From Paecilomyces variotii (taxonomy: Eukaryota): DNA of 64,000 bases. The notes beneath the pieces were generated by a model. It saw nothing but the letters and a program-made list of their open reading frames with translations, did not search any database and was not told the DNA's origin. Where the stretch lies: the NCBI GenBank assembly GCA_004022145.1, contig RCNU01000014.1. One strand, 5' to 3'. Below, piece after piece: positions 25,972 through 36,271 of this stretch. A program made the translations under genes and the position numbers. Numbering within the stretch: position 1 is the stretch's first letter; every line of letters begins with the position of its first letter.

Positions 25972-28900
25972 TTACTTCTCCGCTTTCCTCACCAGAATCA
26001 AGGGCTTGCCCGCCTCAACGACATCATTTGGCTTGATAAGGATCTTCTCAACCTTCCCACCCACAACGGCCGATTCAGCACGTACCGCGATTTCAAGCTT
26101 CATTGCCTCGAGAATCGTGACTACCTGGTCAGAGCGGATAGTATCGCCTTCTTTAATTTCGATCTTCCATACGTTGGCATTCAGGGGAGCTTCGATGGGG
26201 ATGACGTTGGGGTCTGTGATGGTTTGTGTTTCATCGTTAGAAACTCGTTCTCGGTTTATAAGTGGTTTTGGGATGGGATTTAGGGAGAGAAACAAACCAT
26301 TCATCAAAGCCTCGACAGCATCCATGGGGATTGTATTCGCAGCTTTTTCCGCTTCCCATTTCTCGAGGAGCTCCTTTTCGAGCTTATCCATCTCCGCTTG
26401 GGCCTTTCTCTGTCTAGATCTGATGGCGATAACTTCGTCCTTCGTGTCCCGGAGTAGACGGTTATGCTCGGCCATGTCGAACATGACTTCTTCGCATTGG
26501 TACTCGTATCGACCGCTGTTGAAGAGCGCGAGTTGCTTTTCGTATTCTTCTTCGGTGACTTGGTAGAAGGTGATTTGGTCGAAGTCCTCGAAAAGCCACG
26601 GTCTGCTGGGACTGTAGCCCTTTTTGGATCCGAGGATGTCAACGCCTGGTATGGTCATGCCGGTGAGTTGGTAGCCACCGGGGGATTCGACGTTGTATAG
26701 GCTATGGTATGTTTAGTTCGGCGTCATGGGATGGATGCAGTTACCAATCTGGTTGGAGGAGATAGGAGGGCAACTTACGCCATGCAGCTGCCGCCCCAGG
26801 ATACCGCTCCTGCAGGGGTGTAGACTCGACTGGGGTTCATCTTCGGGCAGTTCATCCTGTGTCGAGGGTCGACTGGAAGTGATAGAGGAAGCGCGGTGAA
26901 GAACCCCACGGAAACTACCATGAAACTGGAAGTGAGGTAGATTCTTTCAAGCTCCTCGCGTGTGAAAGCGTTATTCTTGGCGACGAACTCGATGTTGTCC
27001 GGGAGGTACGAGGCGTAGGGACGTTGTGTCTCCATGTAGCGCTGCAATGCTGCTGTCTGCCGTGCGCTTTCGAAGGTGATGGGCAGACGGAAGAGACGAC
27101 TAGGCACTTTGGCCTCACTGAGGTCTCCAAGTTCGGACTCGAGGTTGCACAGGTAATTGATAAGCTTCTTTTGCGGGATTTTGAGGCCGTTGTAATAGAG
27201 CATCAGAGCTGGATGGTGTTAGTAACTTGTATGCATTATGAACTAGTAATGAATGAGTTGCTTACAATTTCCACAACCGACAGTGCCAATAAGACCGCTG
27301 TCAAATGTGATTTCTCCCTTTGCTTCTCGCAGAGCTTTGATGAGAGCGGTGACTCGACAGCGATGGTTCAGATCAAATGCGCCATGGCCGTAATCGATCA
27401 GCAAGTAGTCGTCACCGCCCTAGATTTCGGTTAATCGGTATTCTCCAGGATAGATTGAACCTATTTTTGTCTTACCTGTCTATATGAAACAAGAGGCTGG
27501 TTGCCCTTCTCTTCGATCTGATGAACAAGAGCCTTGCCAGCTTCTTCTCGTTTGAGTGCTGGTGGCAGCTCATCCTTCAGCGGCTTCACGCTGCTGAAAT
27601 CGCCAGATGAGGAAGCCTGTACGACTTCGTCCACAAATCTCTCCACATCCTTTCGGGCAGATATGGCGTCTTCAATAGATACCAACCTGTACTTCAAGCT
27701 ATTCCCCGCTTTCAGCTGACCTAGCTTCCAATAGTCTGCTTTGACAATGGTATGACTTGACACGAAACCACCGAAATCAGGGCAATCAACGGGGAAGATG
27801 ACAGGATCATCACCAGTCCAATTGAGACTACCCATGGGGTATCCGTACTCAATCAGATTACTGGGATGAGCGCCTCCTTCGCCACCATCGGAACGAGCCC
27901 ATTTCGGTTTTGGTCCGATGAGACGAATTCCACCTCTGGCTGCGTTATGGGAGATCTTCCACGTGGTCTCATAGAGCATATCGATGCTCTCTGGAAGGAG
28001 ATAACCCTCATCATATGGACCGGCCATGGAGAGCAGCTCCCAGTCACTGGGGTACTTAGGAATAAGGTGCTCTGGCAGACGCAGCTCTCCCTGCACATCA
28101 GGAATTTTGTCCGTAATTGCAAGCAGGTCTCCTGATGCGAGTTGTCGACCTTGGTAACCTCCAACGCCAACCATTGGAGCTGTAGCCTTTGAACCGAACC
28201 ATTTAGCTATACTGGGGAAGCCTCCATGGACGGCCAAATATGACCTACAACCGCCTCCAGTCGTTTTTCCGATCGTCAATCGCTGACCTGCCTGGACTTT
28301 GACTCTGGTCCACATTGGAAATTCGGAATCGTCCAGCTTTGCTTCCATTGGAGCACCACAGAGAGCGATAACAGCTGGTCCCAAGAAGCGAAGATCAGGT
28401 CCGCTCAGAGTGATCTCCAGACCTTCCAACCCGACAGGGTTACCAACAAGGGCGTTTGCAATACGGAAGGCTAACGGATCCATGGGCCCGGAATGACAGA
28501 ATCCCCTACCGATGGTCGGGCGTCCAGGCCAATCTTCCACAAGGGTATAGGCGCCTCCAGCCAAAACGTCGATAGCATGAGGACTATATTTGAAAGTATT
28601 CAGGAACTTGGTCAACGTGTAACCTTCGTTGAAGTCTCCATCCCGAAGGATAGTTGCAAGGAAATCGAGGTTCGTCGGGGGTCCACAGATGCGGGATTCT
28701 GTTAGGATCGTATGTAGGCCCTCGATGGTCTCTTTCCGTGTTGGAGAATGATACATGACCTTGGCAAGCAGCGGGTCTGATACTATTAGCATCTCGATCG
28801 GATATTGGGTGTCTGGATATGTCCTTACCATAATTGGCAGACACCTTGATTCCGGTATAAAGCCATGTATCGAATCTTGATCCTGGGATCTCCTTCCATT

Positions 28901-30202
28901 CGACGCTCTGTAAAGTACCTGGCGAAGGAGCAAAATCCTTTGCTGGGTTCTCTGCATAAACACGCGCCTCGATGGCTGCCCCTGACGGAGCGCTAGGTTG
29001 CAGCTTCTCGAGATACGATGCATCCAGGCCCTTTTTGCCTGAGTGTTGGGCATCAGCTTGTTTCAGCATCAGCTCCACAAGGTCAACATTGTAGCAGAGC
29101 TCCGTGATGCCATGCTCGACTTGCAAACGGGTGTTCATCTCGAGGAAGAAAAATGCCCCCGTTTCATCGTCAACAAGATATTCAATTGTTCCAGCGGAGC
29201 CATAGTTGATCGACTCGGCCAACCTGATCGCGGCCTCACCCAGCTTCTGCCGTAACTCCGGATTCTTCTCTACAAAAGGACTGGGACACTCCTCAATGAC
29301 CTTTTGATGTCTTCTCTGGATAGAGCATTCGCGCTCTCCAAAGTGGATGGCCTTCCCGTGTCCGTTGCCGAATACCTGAACTTCGATATGACGACTGGAA
29401 GGATAGTAACGTTCAATGAATACCCCTGCATTCTTAAACAGGGCTTCACCTCGGGATCTCACTGTCGCAAAGGACTTTCGCACATCCTCTTCAGAATGAC
29501 ATGTGAGAAGACCCATTCCACCACCACCGGCAGTAGCCTTGAGCATGACCTATCTTCCGTCAGCACCGGCCATGACAAAGAGACAGGATATGGGTGATAA
29601 TTACCGGAAATCCCAACTCCTTCGAAGCTTGTACTGCATCATCTTCACTCTGAACGAGTTCTTTTGTTCCAGGGACAATCGGAACACCAGCTTTGGTTGC
29701 AAGTTCTCGGGCGGTATGCTTCAGTCCGAAAGCTTCAATGCTTTCGGGCGACGGTCCTGCAAAGACCATGCCTGCGGCAGTGACCGCTCGGGCAAAGTCA
29801 GAGTTCTCTGAAAGGAACCCATAACCGGGGATAATCGCATCGACGTTGTGTTTCTTAGCAATGTCCACGATCTGGTCGCTGCAAGCCGTTAACAGACGGC
29901 CGACGGCCGATAACCGATAAGAGCTGCATACCCATCTATATAAGCCTTGGTAGGCGTGCCAGACAATAGCACCGCTTCATCTGCTAGATGAACATGAATT
30001 GAAGCGGCATCTGGCTCTGTATAGATTGCAATGGTGCGCAGGTTCAACTTCCTACAAACATAACCGATCAGTTCTCCAGCAATCCTGCAACTGATAAGGA
30101 TGCCGACGATAAGGAAATCCGGAGCTCATACTTTGCTGTCTTCAATATCCTCACGGCGATCTCGCCGCGATTGGCCACCAACAATGTCTTCAGAGACTCC
30201 AT
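25972..30202 (-). CDS. lamA: Urea carboxylase-like biotin-dependent enzyme (biotin carboxylase + carboxyltransferase A/B + biotin carrier), lactam utilisation protein
   Basis: MESLKTLLVANRGEIAVR, PGYGFLSEN, KATAGGGGMG, ERECSIQRRHQK, EMNTRLQVEH, biotin site EAMKLE. Introns 30131-30052, 29931-29879, 29604-29550, 28828-28777, 27475-27420, 27265-27209, 26778-26702, 26297-26214. Divergent from lamB. Confidence 0.9.
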
Positions 30203-30661
30203 GGCGACAGGGACAATGTTCCTTTCCCGGTCAGAGAGGCAGATGATGACTCCGGGGGAAACGCAAGATAATAATCGCCATGGGGGGTTTATAAAGAGGG
30301 GTTATCGTCTACGAGGTAACTAATCGTACCCGTGTTGCTGACCCGACGACCTAGTTAAGTTCCCATTTATCTGATTAGGGAAGGCAACGATCCGCAACCC
30401 CCCAGGGTCCACGTTTCGACTCGCTGATAAGGGATAACGGCTTTCATTGCGATGCTTCGGCGTTGTCCTTCGGCGATTCTATCCTATCATCTCCCATCGT
30501 GTCCAACCCCTCCTTGGGGAAGTATAAGTAGTTCAGTGATATCCATCGTGAAGCTCGTAGCTTTGGATTGCAGCCATCAAAGTATTCTTATCCTTGGCTT
30601 CCATTTACTCTCTAGCCCCTCCGGAGCCAGCGAACCTGCTTGTTTCTATTATTCGCCCACC
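30203..30661. promoter_or_regulatory. Bidirectional lamA/lamB promoter with GATA sites, a direct CTTCGGCG repeat and SYGGRG motifs
   Basis: GATAA/GATAG in either orientation near 30301, 30367, 30425, 30432, 30479-30489 and 30588; CTTCGGCG at 30455-30462 and 30468-30475; CCGGGG at 30252. Confidence 0.65.
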
Positions 30662-31517
30662 ATGGCTCCGATCAAGCACAAGGCGCTGATAAACGTTGAT
30701 TTGGGTGAAGCTGTAAGCATTCCCCGCGGACATGATTGATATCTTATCCTACTGGCATACTTACGGGGTGGATGTCATCGATGGCAACGGCTAACGTCTA
30801 TACCAGTACGGGAACTGGAGCTGCGGCCCGGACCTGGAACTTCTCCCCATGATTGACATTGCGAATGTTGCCTGTGGTTTTCACGGCGGTGACCCGCTGA
30901 TCATGATGGAGACGGTCCAACAGTGCAAGAAACATAACATCAAGGTCGGAGCTCATCCCGGACTGCCGGATTTGCAGGGGTTTGGCCGACGCGAGATGAA
31001 GCTTTCCCCGGAGGAGTTGACGGCAATCACCATCTATCAGGTTGGCGCGCTGCGGGGCTTCCTGGAGCGCGAGGGGGTGCCTCTCCACCATGTTAAGCCG
31101 CACGGCGTTCTGTACGGCATGATGTGCCGCGACTACGAGGTGGCCAAGGCGGTCATGCTTGGCATCCCCAAAGGCATTCCGGTCTTTGGTCTTGCGGGCA
31201 CCAATATGGAGAAAGCGGCCAATGATCTGGGGATCGAATTCTGGGCCGAGCTCTACGGCGACGTCAAGTACAACTCGAATGGGATGCTGGTCATCGATCG
31301 CAAGAAGAAGCCGTGGGATCTCAACGACGTGGAGAAGCACGTCCGCCAGCAGGTTGAAGAGCAGTCCGTCACCGCGGTCGATGGCACTGTTGTGCCGTTG
31401 CCGTTGAAGGATTATCCATTGTCGATTTGTTGCCACTCTGATTCGCCTGGGTGCATTGATATCGTAAAGACGACGAGAAAAGTGGCCGATGAATTCAACG
31501 CCAAGCATGGGAAATAG
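30662..31517 (+). CDS. lamB: LamB/YcsF (PxpA-like) lactam utilisation protein
   Basis: MAPIKHKALINVDLGEA, intron 30713-30806, then YGNWSCGPDLELLPMIDIANVACGFHGGDP; GAHPGLPDLQGFGRR; HVKPHGVLY; ICCHSD. Confidence 0.93.
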
Positions 31518-31989
31518 GGAACGAATAATGTATTCTATTGTCCAGCGGGAAAATTAAGGAAAATTCCGAACTAAGATTACGTTTACACAATGATAATAAT
31601 ATCGCATCCGATCAAGTAATACAGAGCACTAGCTTGTCTGATATCACCTCGCGCTGACGCTAACAAAGTACCATAAATGAAGATACGGAGAGGGGTAATA
31701 ATTTGACTTTATATGCAGCCATCCCTGCGAGGGCAGCATAGTAGGACCCAGAATCTTGAATCCAAGAGCACTTTTAGCCTTCTGCTCTATCCATACCCTC
31801 GGGATCTTGTGGCATGCTAGTAATAGTTAAATACATCGAGTACATCGATAAATCTATACTTTCCCCTTTCCGGCAGATCCACACATGTTCCATCGTCTTC
31901 ACCCCACCACATCCGAACTATTACTGTATCAAAAAAAAATTTGCCTCCGCCGCCGGAAAAAAAAAAGGAAGCAAAAAGGAAATGTGAAT

Positions 31990-32061
31990 TGACCGACGCA
32001 GGGATCGAACCTGCAATCTCTTGATTCGTAGTCAAGCGCCTTGCCATTGGGCCAGCCGGCC
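31990..32061 (-). tRNA. tRNA-Arg(ACG), intronless
   Basis: Reverse complement GGCCGGCTGGCCCAATGGCAAGGCGCTTGACTACGAATCAAGAGATTGCAGGTTCGATCCCTGCGTCGGTCA: 7-bp acceptor stem, anticodon arm CTTGA-CT-ACG-AA-TCAAG, T-loop TTCGATC, downstream T runs (Pol III terminator). Confidence 0.96.
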
Positions 32062-32477
32062 AGTTGTTGTATATCTGATCGCAGGTGGGATTTATCTTAG
32101 CAATGAACAGCAAGGAACCCGTTTTTCTTAGATTTAAACAGGATGAAATCCGTGGGCGTAAATAGTCGATACCTAGATTTCGGTACCCTCTAGTTCTTCA
32201 TGCAATTAAGCTTTTGTTTCTGTATCAAAATGTTATTCCAATATCTCTGCTTCTCTGCTCTTGGATCTTGACGGAATCTATTGAGTCGTAGATAATGCGC
32301 ATGGTAAAGTGCTCTACTACGCAAGTATATATATTTTTACGTAGTGACCATCGATCCGGTACCCTTTGCGGGAATAGGTATCACACTGACAAGCCATGCG
32401 ACGACCCAGTAGAATAATCAAATTACCAAGTAACAGATACCAGTAGTAAACAGTGTTCACAGGCGTATACACTTAAA

Positions 32478-33182
32478 TCAAGTCGTTTCAACCTGGTCGT
32501 CAAGACCTAACCGGTCTTTAATTACAGCAACAATCTCCTGCCACTCGCGCATAGCCCCGTCTCCCAGATCGCCGCAGGCCAGCAGTTTACTCTGCGGTCG
32601 TAATACTTCAAACCACCCCTGATCTGGATTCTGCCCGTTGACGCCCCATTCCTCTTCCAGTACCCGGACCTGCTTCGCGGTGATCGGATGCAGCCACATC
32701 GCGGTATTCATGCTAGGAGCGACGATAATCCTAGGTCTTCGTGGGTTATTCGGACTAACATCCCATGCGCGAACGACGCTCGTCAAGAGGTTATCACAGA
32801 AACCACCCGCGATCTTCGCCAGGGTGTTGGCGTCCAGCGGAACAATGGCCAGCAAATCGGCCCATCGACGGAGCTCTATGTGTAGTATACTCGAGCCTCT
32901 TTTCCAGGGCTCGGCCCATTCATGCTCATCTTGGTAGACCGCATCAACGTTAGGGAGGGCAGCCAGTTCTTCCAACGTTGGTGTTTCGGCGGCTTGGCCC
33001 ATCAGAAAGCGGGACGCATTGTGAGTGAGAATGACCCGAATAGAGATATTAGGGTATTTTGAAAAAGCGGATATGATGAGTGGGAGCTTTACGATTGCCA
33101 CAGATCCCGTGGCAGCTAGAAGAAGGTGGATTTTGCCATCGTTGAGTGCTGCCGTGAGGGCAGCAGCAGAGTTGCGGTCCAT
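32478..33182 (-). CDS. PPCDC: Phosphopantothenoylcysteine decarboxylase (HFCD flavoprotein)
   Basis: LLAATGSVA, LHIELRRWAD (His), ANTLAKIAGGFCDNLLT, PSMN (Asn), LACGDLGDGAM (Cys); all catalytic positions present. Confidence 0.92.
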   Translation of the reverse strand: MDRNSAAALTAALNDGKIHLLLAATGSVAIVKLPLIISAFSKYPNISIRVILTHNASRFLMGQAAETPTLEELAALPNVDAVYQDEHEWAEPWKRGSSILHIELRRWADLLAIVPLDANTLAKIAGGFCDNLLTSVVRAWDVSPNNPRRPRIIVAPSMNTAMWLHPITAKQVRVLEEEWGVNGQNPDQGWFEVLRPQSKLLACGDLGDGAMREWQEIVAVIKDRLGLDDQVETT

Positions 33183-33444
33183 GTCGTCGTAGGTGGGAAT
33201 ATCGCAGCGCTGCTAGGGAGTCTTCTCTATGCAGCTGGTTATATATCAGCCCACGAGCAGCAGTGGCAGGATTCAGTCACGATCTCGCGCTCGATCCATG
33301 ATCTATATCTGATATCAGAATAGTAAGTAGGTAAGTTATGAGGAATCGGGATGAGCAAATAGTAAAGCGGCGTGTGATGTGATCTTCAACGGACCATTAG
33401 TCAGCCAACAAGTACTGTAGTTTGTCATTCTGGAACGGGCATAC

Positions 33445-33702
33445 AGCTCGGCGTGGTTCCAAAAAAGCTCCGCGTGGTTCCAAATTCTGCCCATTTATTC
33501 CGCCTTCCTAAAGCAATTACTGGAACCACGCTGAGCTTTTTCTTGGCATAGGCTCGGCATGGTTTGAAACTCCCTGGAACCACGATGAGATTTTAGCGCC
33601 TATCCGAACCACGCTGACCTTTCTAGCCCTAAGCCCTAATTCCCTAATTCCCTAATTAAATATAATCAAAAATTCCCTAAGTCCCTAAGTCCTGGAACCA
33701 CC
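33445..33702. repeat. Array of a 16-bp unit (AGCTCGGCGTGGTTCC-like) in both orientations plus CCCTAA telomere-like repeats; possible transposon-end relic
   Basis: Units at 33445, 33466, 33551 (forward) and 33522, 33576, 33605, 33694 (inverted, last one partial); 20/21-bp inverted repeat 33462-33482 / 33521-33541; six CCCTAA copies in 33627-33690. Confidence 0.75.
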
Positions 33703-33758
33703 AAATGGGAATAACTAGATGATCTAATTTATCCATGTATACCAGCTGCGTTGCACTC

Positions 33759-34295
33759 TTATTCTGTGTGGTCTGTCTTTGTTCTAGATGACTCAGACGA
33801 CTGAGATCCATCAACCGCCCCTCCTCCAAATTTCCATTCCAGAAGTTCGCCCAAGGAACCTAGGTCCGTCATCACCAGCAACAAGCCCGTAGATAACAGT
33901 ATCGGCAATAGCAGTCCGAGAAACACTATCATGACGAACTGATAAAATTGCTTGGACCATTCACAGTATTTCAGTTCCCAGGTCCAGAACCCTTGAATGT
34001 ATTGCCACCATAGCTGCAGAATCCAATAGCCCTCCACGAAGAGCATGGCGACAAGTATTATATGAAGAAAAAAGACGATAAGCAACTGTGCCCGTGTTTT
34101 GATATACGGTTGGAGCCATTTCGTGAGCGGTTCCTTTGGGTGATCTTGTTTGGGATCCGCGTTTCCATCCAACTTGAGAGATTGCCGTACCCAGACAGCG
34201 ATGATGATCAGAAACGCCCAGAATGGGCCTGAGTTCAGAGACCAAGCGGCGATAAATTGGAAAAGCGTACAACTTGGACAATCTGAAGGTCTCAT
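33759..34295 (-). CDS. Hypothetical 178-aa membrane protein
   Basis: ATG in good context (aacacaATG); about three long hydrophobic, Trp-rich segments; no recognised family. Confidence 0.6.
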   Translation of the reverse strand: MRPSDCPSCTLFQFIAAWSLNSGPFWAFLIIIAVWVRQSLKLDGNADPKQDHPKEPLTKWLQPYIKTRAQLLIVFFLHIILVAMLFVEGYWILQLWWQYIQGFWTWELKYCEWSKQFYQFVMIVFLGLLLPILLSTGLLLVMTDLGSLGELLEWKFGGGAVDGSQSSESSRTKTDHTE

Positions 34296-34676
34296 TGTGT
34301 TGTTGTTAAAGGGTAGATTTAGAGCTGAGATTTCAAATTTTCTGATCGCAGACTCGATTTTTTCATGAGTTGTGGTTGTAACTCATAATCCCTTTTAGTA
34401 AGTAACTAGAAAGAAAAGACAGAAACCATCAATTCTAACAATTTATAAGGACATCGGTGTCGTGAGTGAGAGGTTAGCCTCTGCAGCGAGAACAAGTGTC
34501 CGGCTTCGGGGCACAGCCACGATGTGAATCTGTACGCCCTCGTATCACGCTTTGGACCCCAACTTCTCGTGTACTAAACATACTCAATTAGGAGATCGCA
34601 AGGCTGACTCAAGGGTAACAAGGTTGCAATCTTCATGTCTTTACCAGTAAGACTCATCACTGGGGTGATCAATGTC

Positions 34677-34769
34677 GGAGCCTGCCTACGGCACGCCTTC
34701 TAGCTCCACCCACAGAGATACCTTAATAGGTTGAGCTAGTTGTTAGAGAATTCAAGCTCAGCCAGAATT
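34677..34769. repeat. Dispersed repeat, copy 1 (copy 2 at 63097-63223)
   Basis: Collinear blocks GGAGCCTGCCTAC, CACGCCTTCTAGCT, ACAGAGATA, AATAGG, a 31-nt identity TGAGCTAGTTGTTAGAGAATTCAAGCTCAGC, and CCAGAATT. Confidence 0.9.
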
Positions 34770-34892
34770 AACATCGAATATTAAAACTTCATTAATCCCA
34801 TGCCTTTTCATATAAGTTTATTGGAACAAATCCCTGAAAGCGCCATCAAGAGAATAGTCGGGCTGATCCAGCATCATAAATCATCACACGCA

Positions 34893-35558
34893 TCAGGTCA
34901 ACAACTCAGAATCAGAAGAGCCATCTTCCTCATGCACAGAAACCGGCAATCTATACTTAAGTCCCTCTCGAGGATGCGTCGACTTGAGAGCTTCCTGTTC
35001 CTCGCGAAATCGAATACAACACCCACACGCCTCCGTACAATGCACATAGACATACAATTCCGGTAACCGATGCGTCACCATCGGCCTCACACAACATCCA
35101 CAGTTCCTCTCACAACACCCTCCTCTATCCAAGCATTGATAACTCTCCCTAGTCCACTGCTTATTCGGATCCTGCCGTGCCTTCTCCCAATGTGCCATGA
35201 ATAGACCGTGCGGCTTCTCCAGCATGAGCTGCGAGAGCGCGCACTGATGTCGTAACCAGACCAGGTCGAGCTGGTCTAGCTCCGCTTCCCATTCTCGGAG
35301 CTGTTGATCTTCTTCGTTCGTGAGGGGATGTCGCTTGGCTGCTTCGAGATATGAGCTCACTTCTTCATTGAGGTATAGCTCGCGCTGAAGGATATATGTC
35401 CCGTTGTATTCTTCTTTCTGATAGCGCTTCTGCCAGTCGAGGACTCGCCATTTGCTGCTTCTGAGGTGGAGTTCGAGATGGCGAACGCGAGTAGCCAGGC
35501 CGTTTAGGTGTACTCGATGAAGAGACTCTTCGATGACGTGGAGCAGGAACATGGACAT
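34893..35558 (-). CDS. Hypothetical helical protein with C-terminal Cys cluster
   Basis: 221-aa ORF, gccATG context, coiled-coil-like middle, CLDRGGCCERNCGCC...HCTEACGCC. Confidence 0.75.
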   Translation of the reverse strand: MSMFLLHVIEESLHRVHLNGLATRVRHLELHLRSSKWRVLDWQKRYQKEEYNGTYILQRELYLNEEVSSYLEAAKRHPLTNEEDQQLREWEAELDQLDLVWLRHQCALSQLMLEKPHGLFMAHWEKARQDPNKQWTRESYQCLDRGGCCERNCGCCVRPMVTHRLPELYVYVHCTEACGCCIRFREEQEALKSTHPREGLKYRLPVSVHEEDGSSDSELLT

Positions 35559-36271
35559 GGCGAGAGGTTATCTGGGATAGATTGAAAGACAACCTTGTGT
35601 AACTGTATGGGGCATTTCCGTGATTTTCATGATAACCTGGAAAGATCAGAAGTAGAAGATAGAATTAGAAAAAGAGTCTGGATAGTGGCATATTGTGAGG
35701 ATGTAGTCTGGTTAAAGTTTTGGGATACTCTTACCTCATTCTTCCTACACGACTCGAAATGTACATACTAGTAGTGTTCGAACGCACGTCAGTATTTCGA
35801 AAGAAAACACGGAAAAGGTAAAGATACCGTCTTCCAGTATAGACATAACCGCATTATCCCAAAAAGTCAAGTTCTGACCTGCAAAATAGAAACAGAACAA
35901 GCGAACGATGTAGTATAAAAAGCTGATTACTATCAACTTGTGTCCAGAGACATCAAAAGCGCGAATCTCATCCTGTAAGTATACAATAAGCTCCTTGACC
36001 CAGCAATCCATCATATGAACAATCCACACTGAAATAACAGTCATAAAAGCCTCTTTATACCTCCTCCCCATAACAATTCTCCCAACGCGACACCCAAAAA
36101 CTCCCACTCTCCTCTGATTGGCCACTTTGAGAATAAGACGGGCGACATCACGTGCTGATTAGCAATGATGGGTGCAACTACAAATAATAACTCTCGAACA
36201 AAAAAGAAATCTTTCTTCCTCCAATCTATGCCCTGTCGATGGCTCCAAGCCGAGGCCCGCGTACAAAAGTA

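Noticed and set aside
25901-26566. 221-aa plus-strand ORF
   Set aside because: Antisense shadow of the lamA 3' exons.
29880-30661. UaY site TCGG-N6-CCGA at the lam locus
   Set aside because: CGG triplets are present but none has the required spacing.
30798-31508. 236-aa minus-strand ORF
   Set aside because: Antisense shadow of lamB, with no ATG context or motifs.
33445-33702. CRISPR array
   Set aside because: Units occur in both orientations with irregular spacing, there are no cas genes, and the context is eukaryotic.
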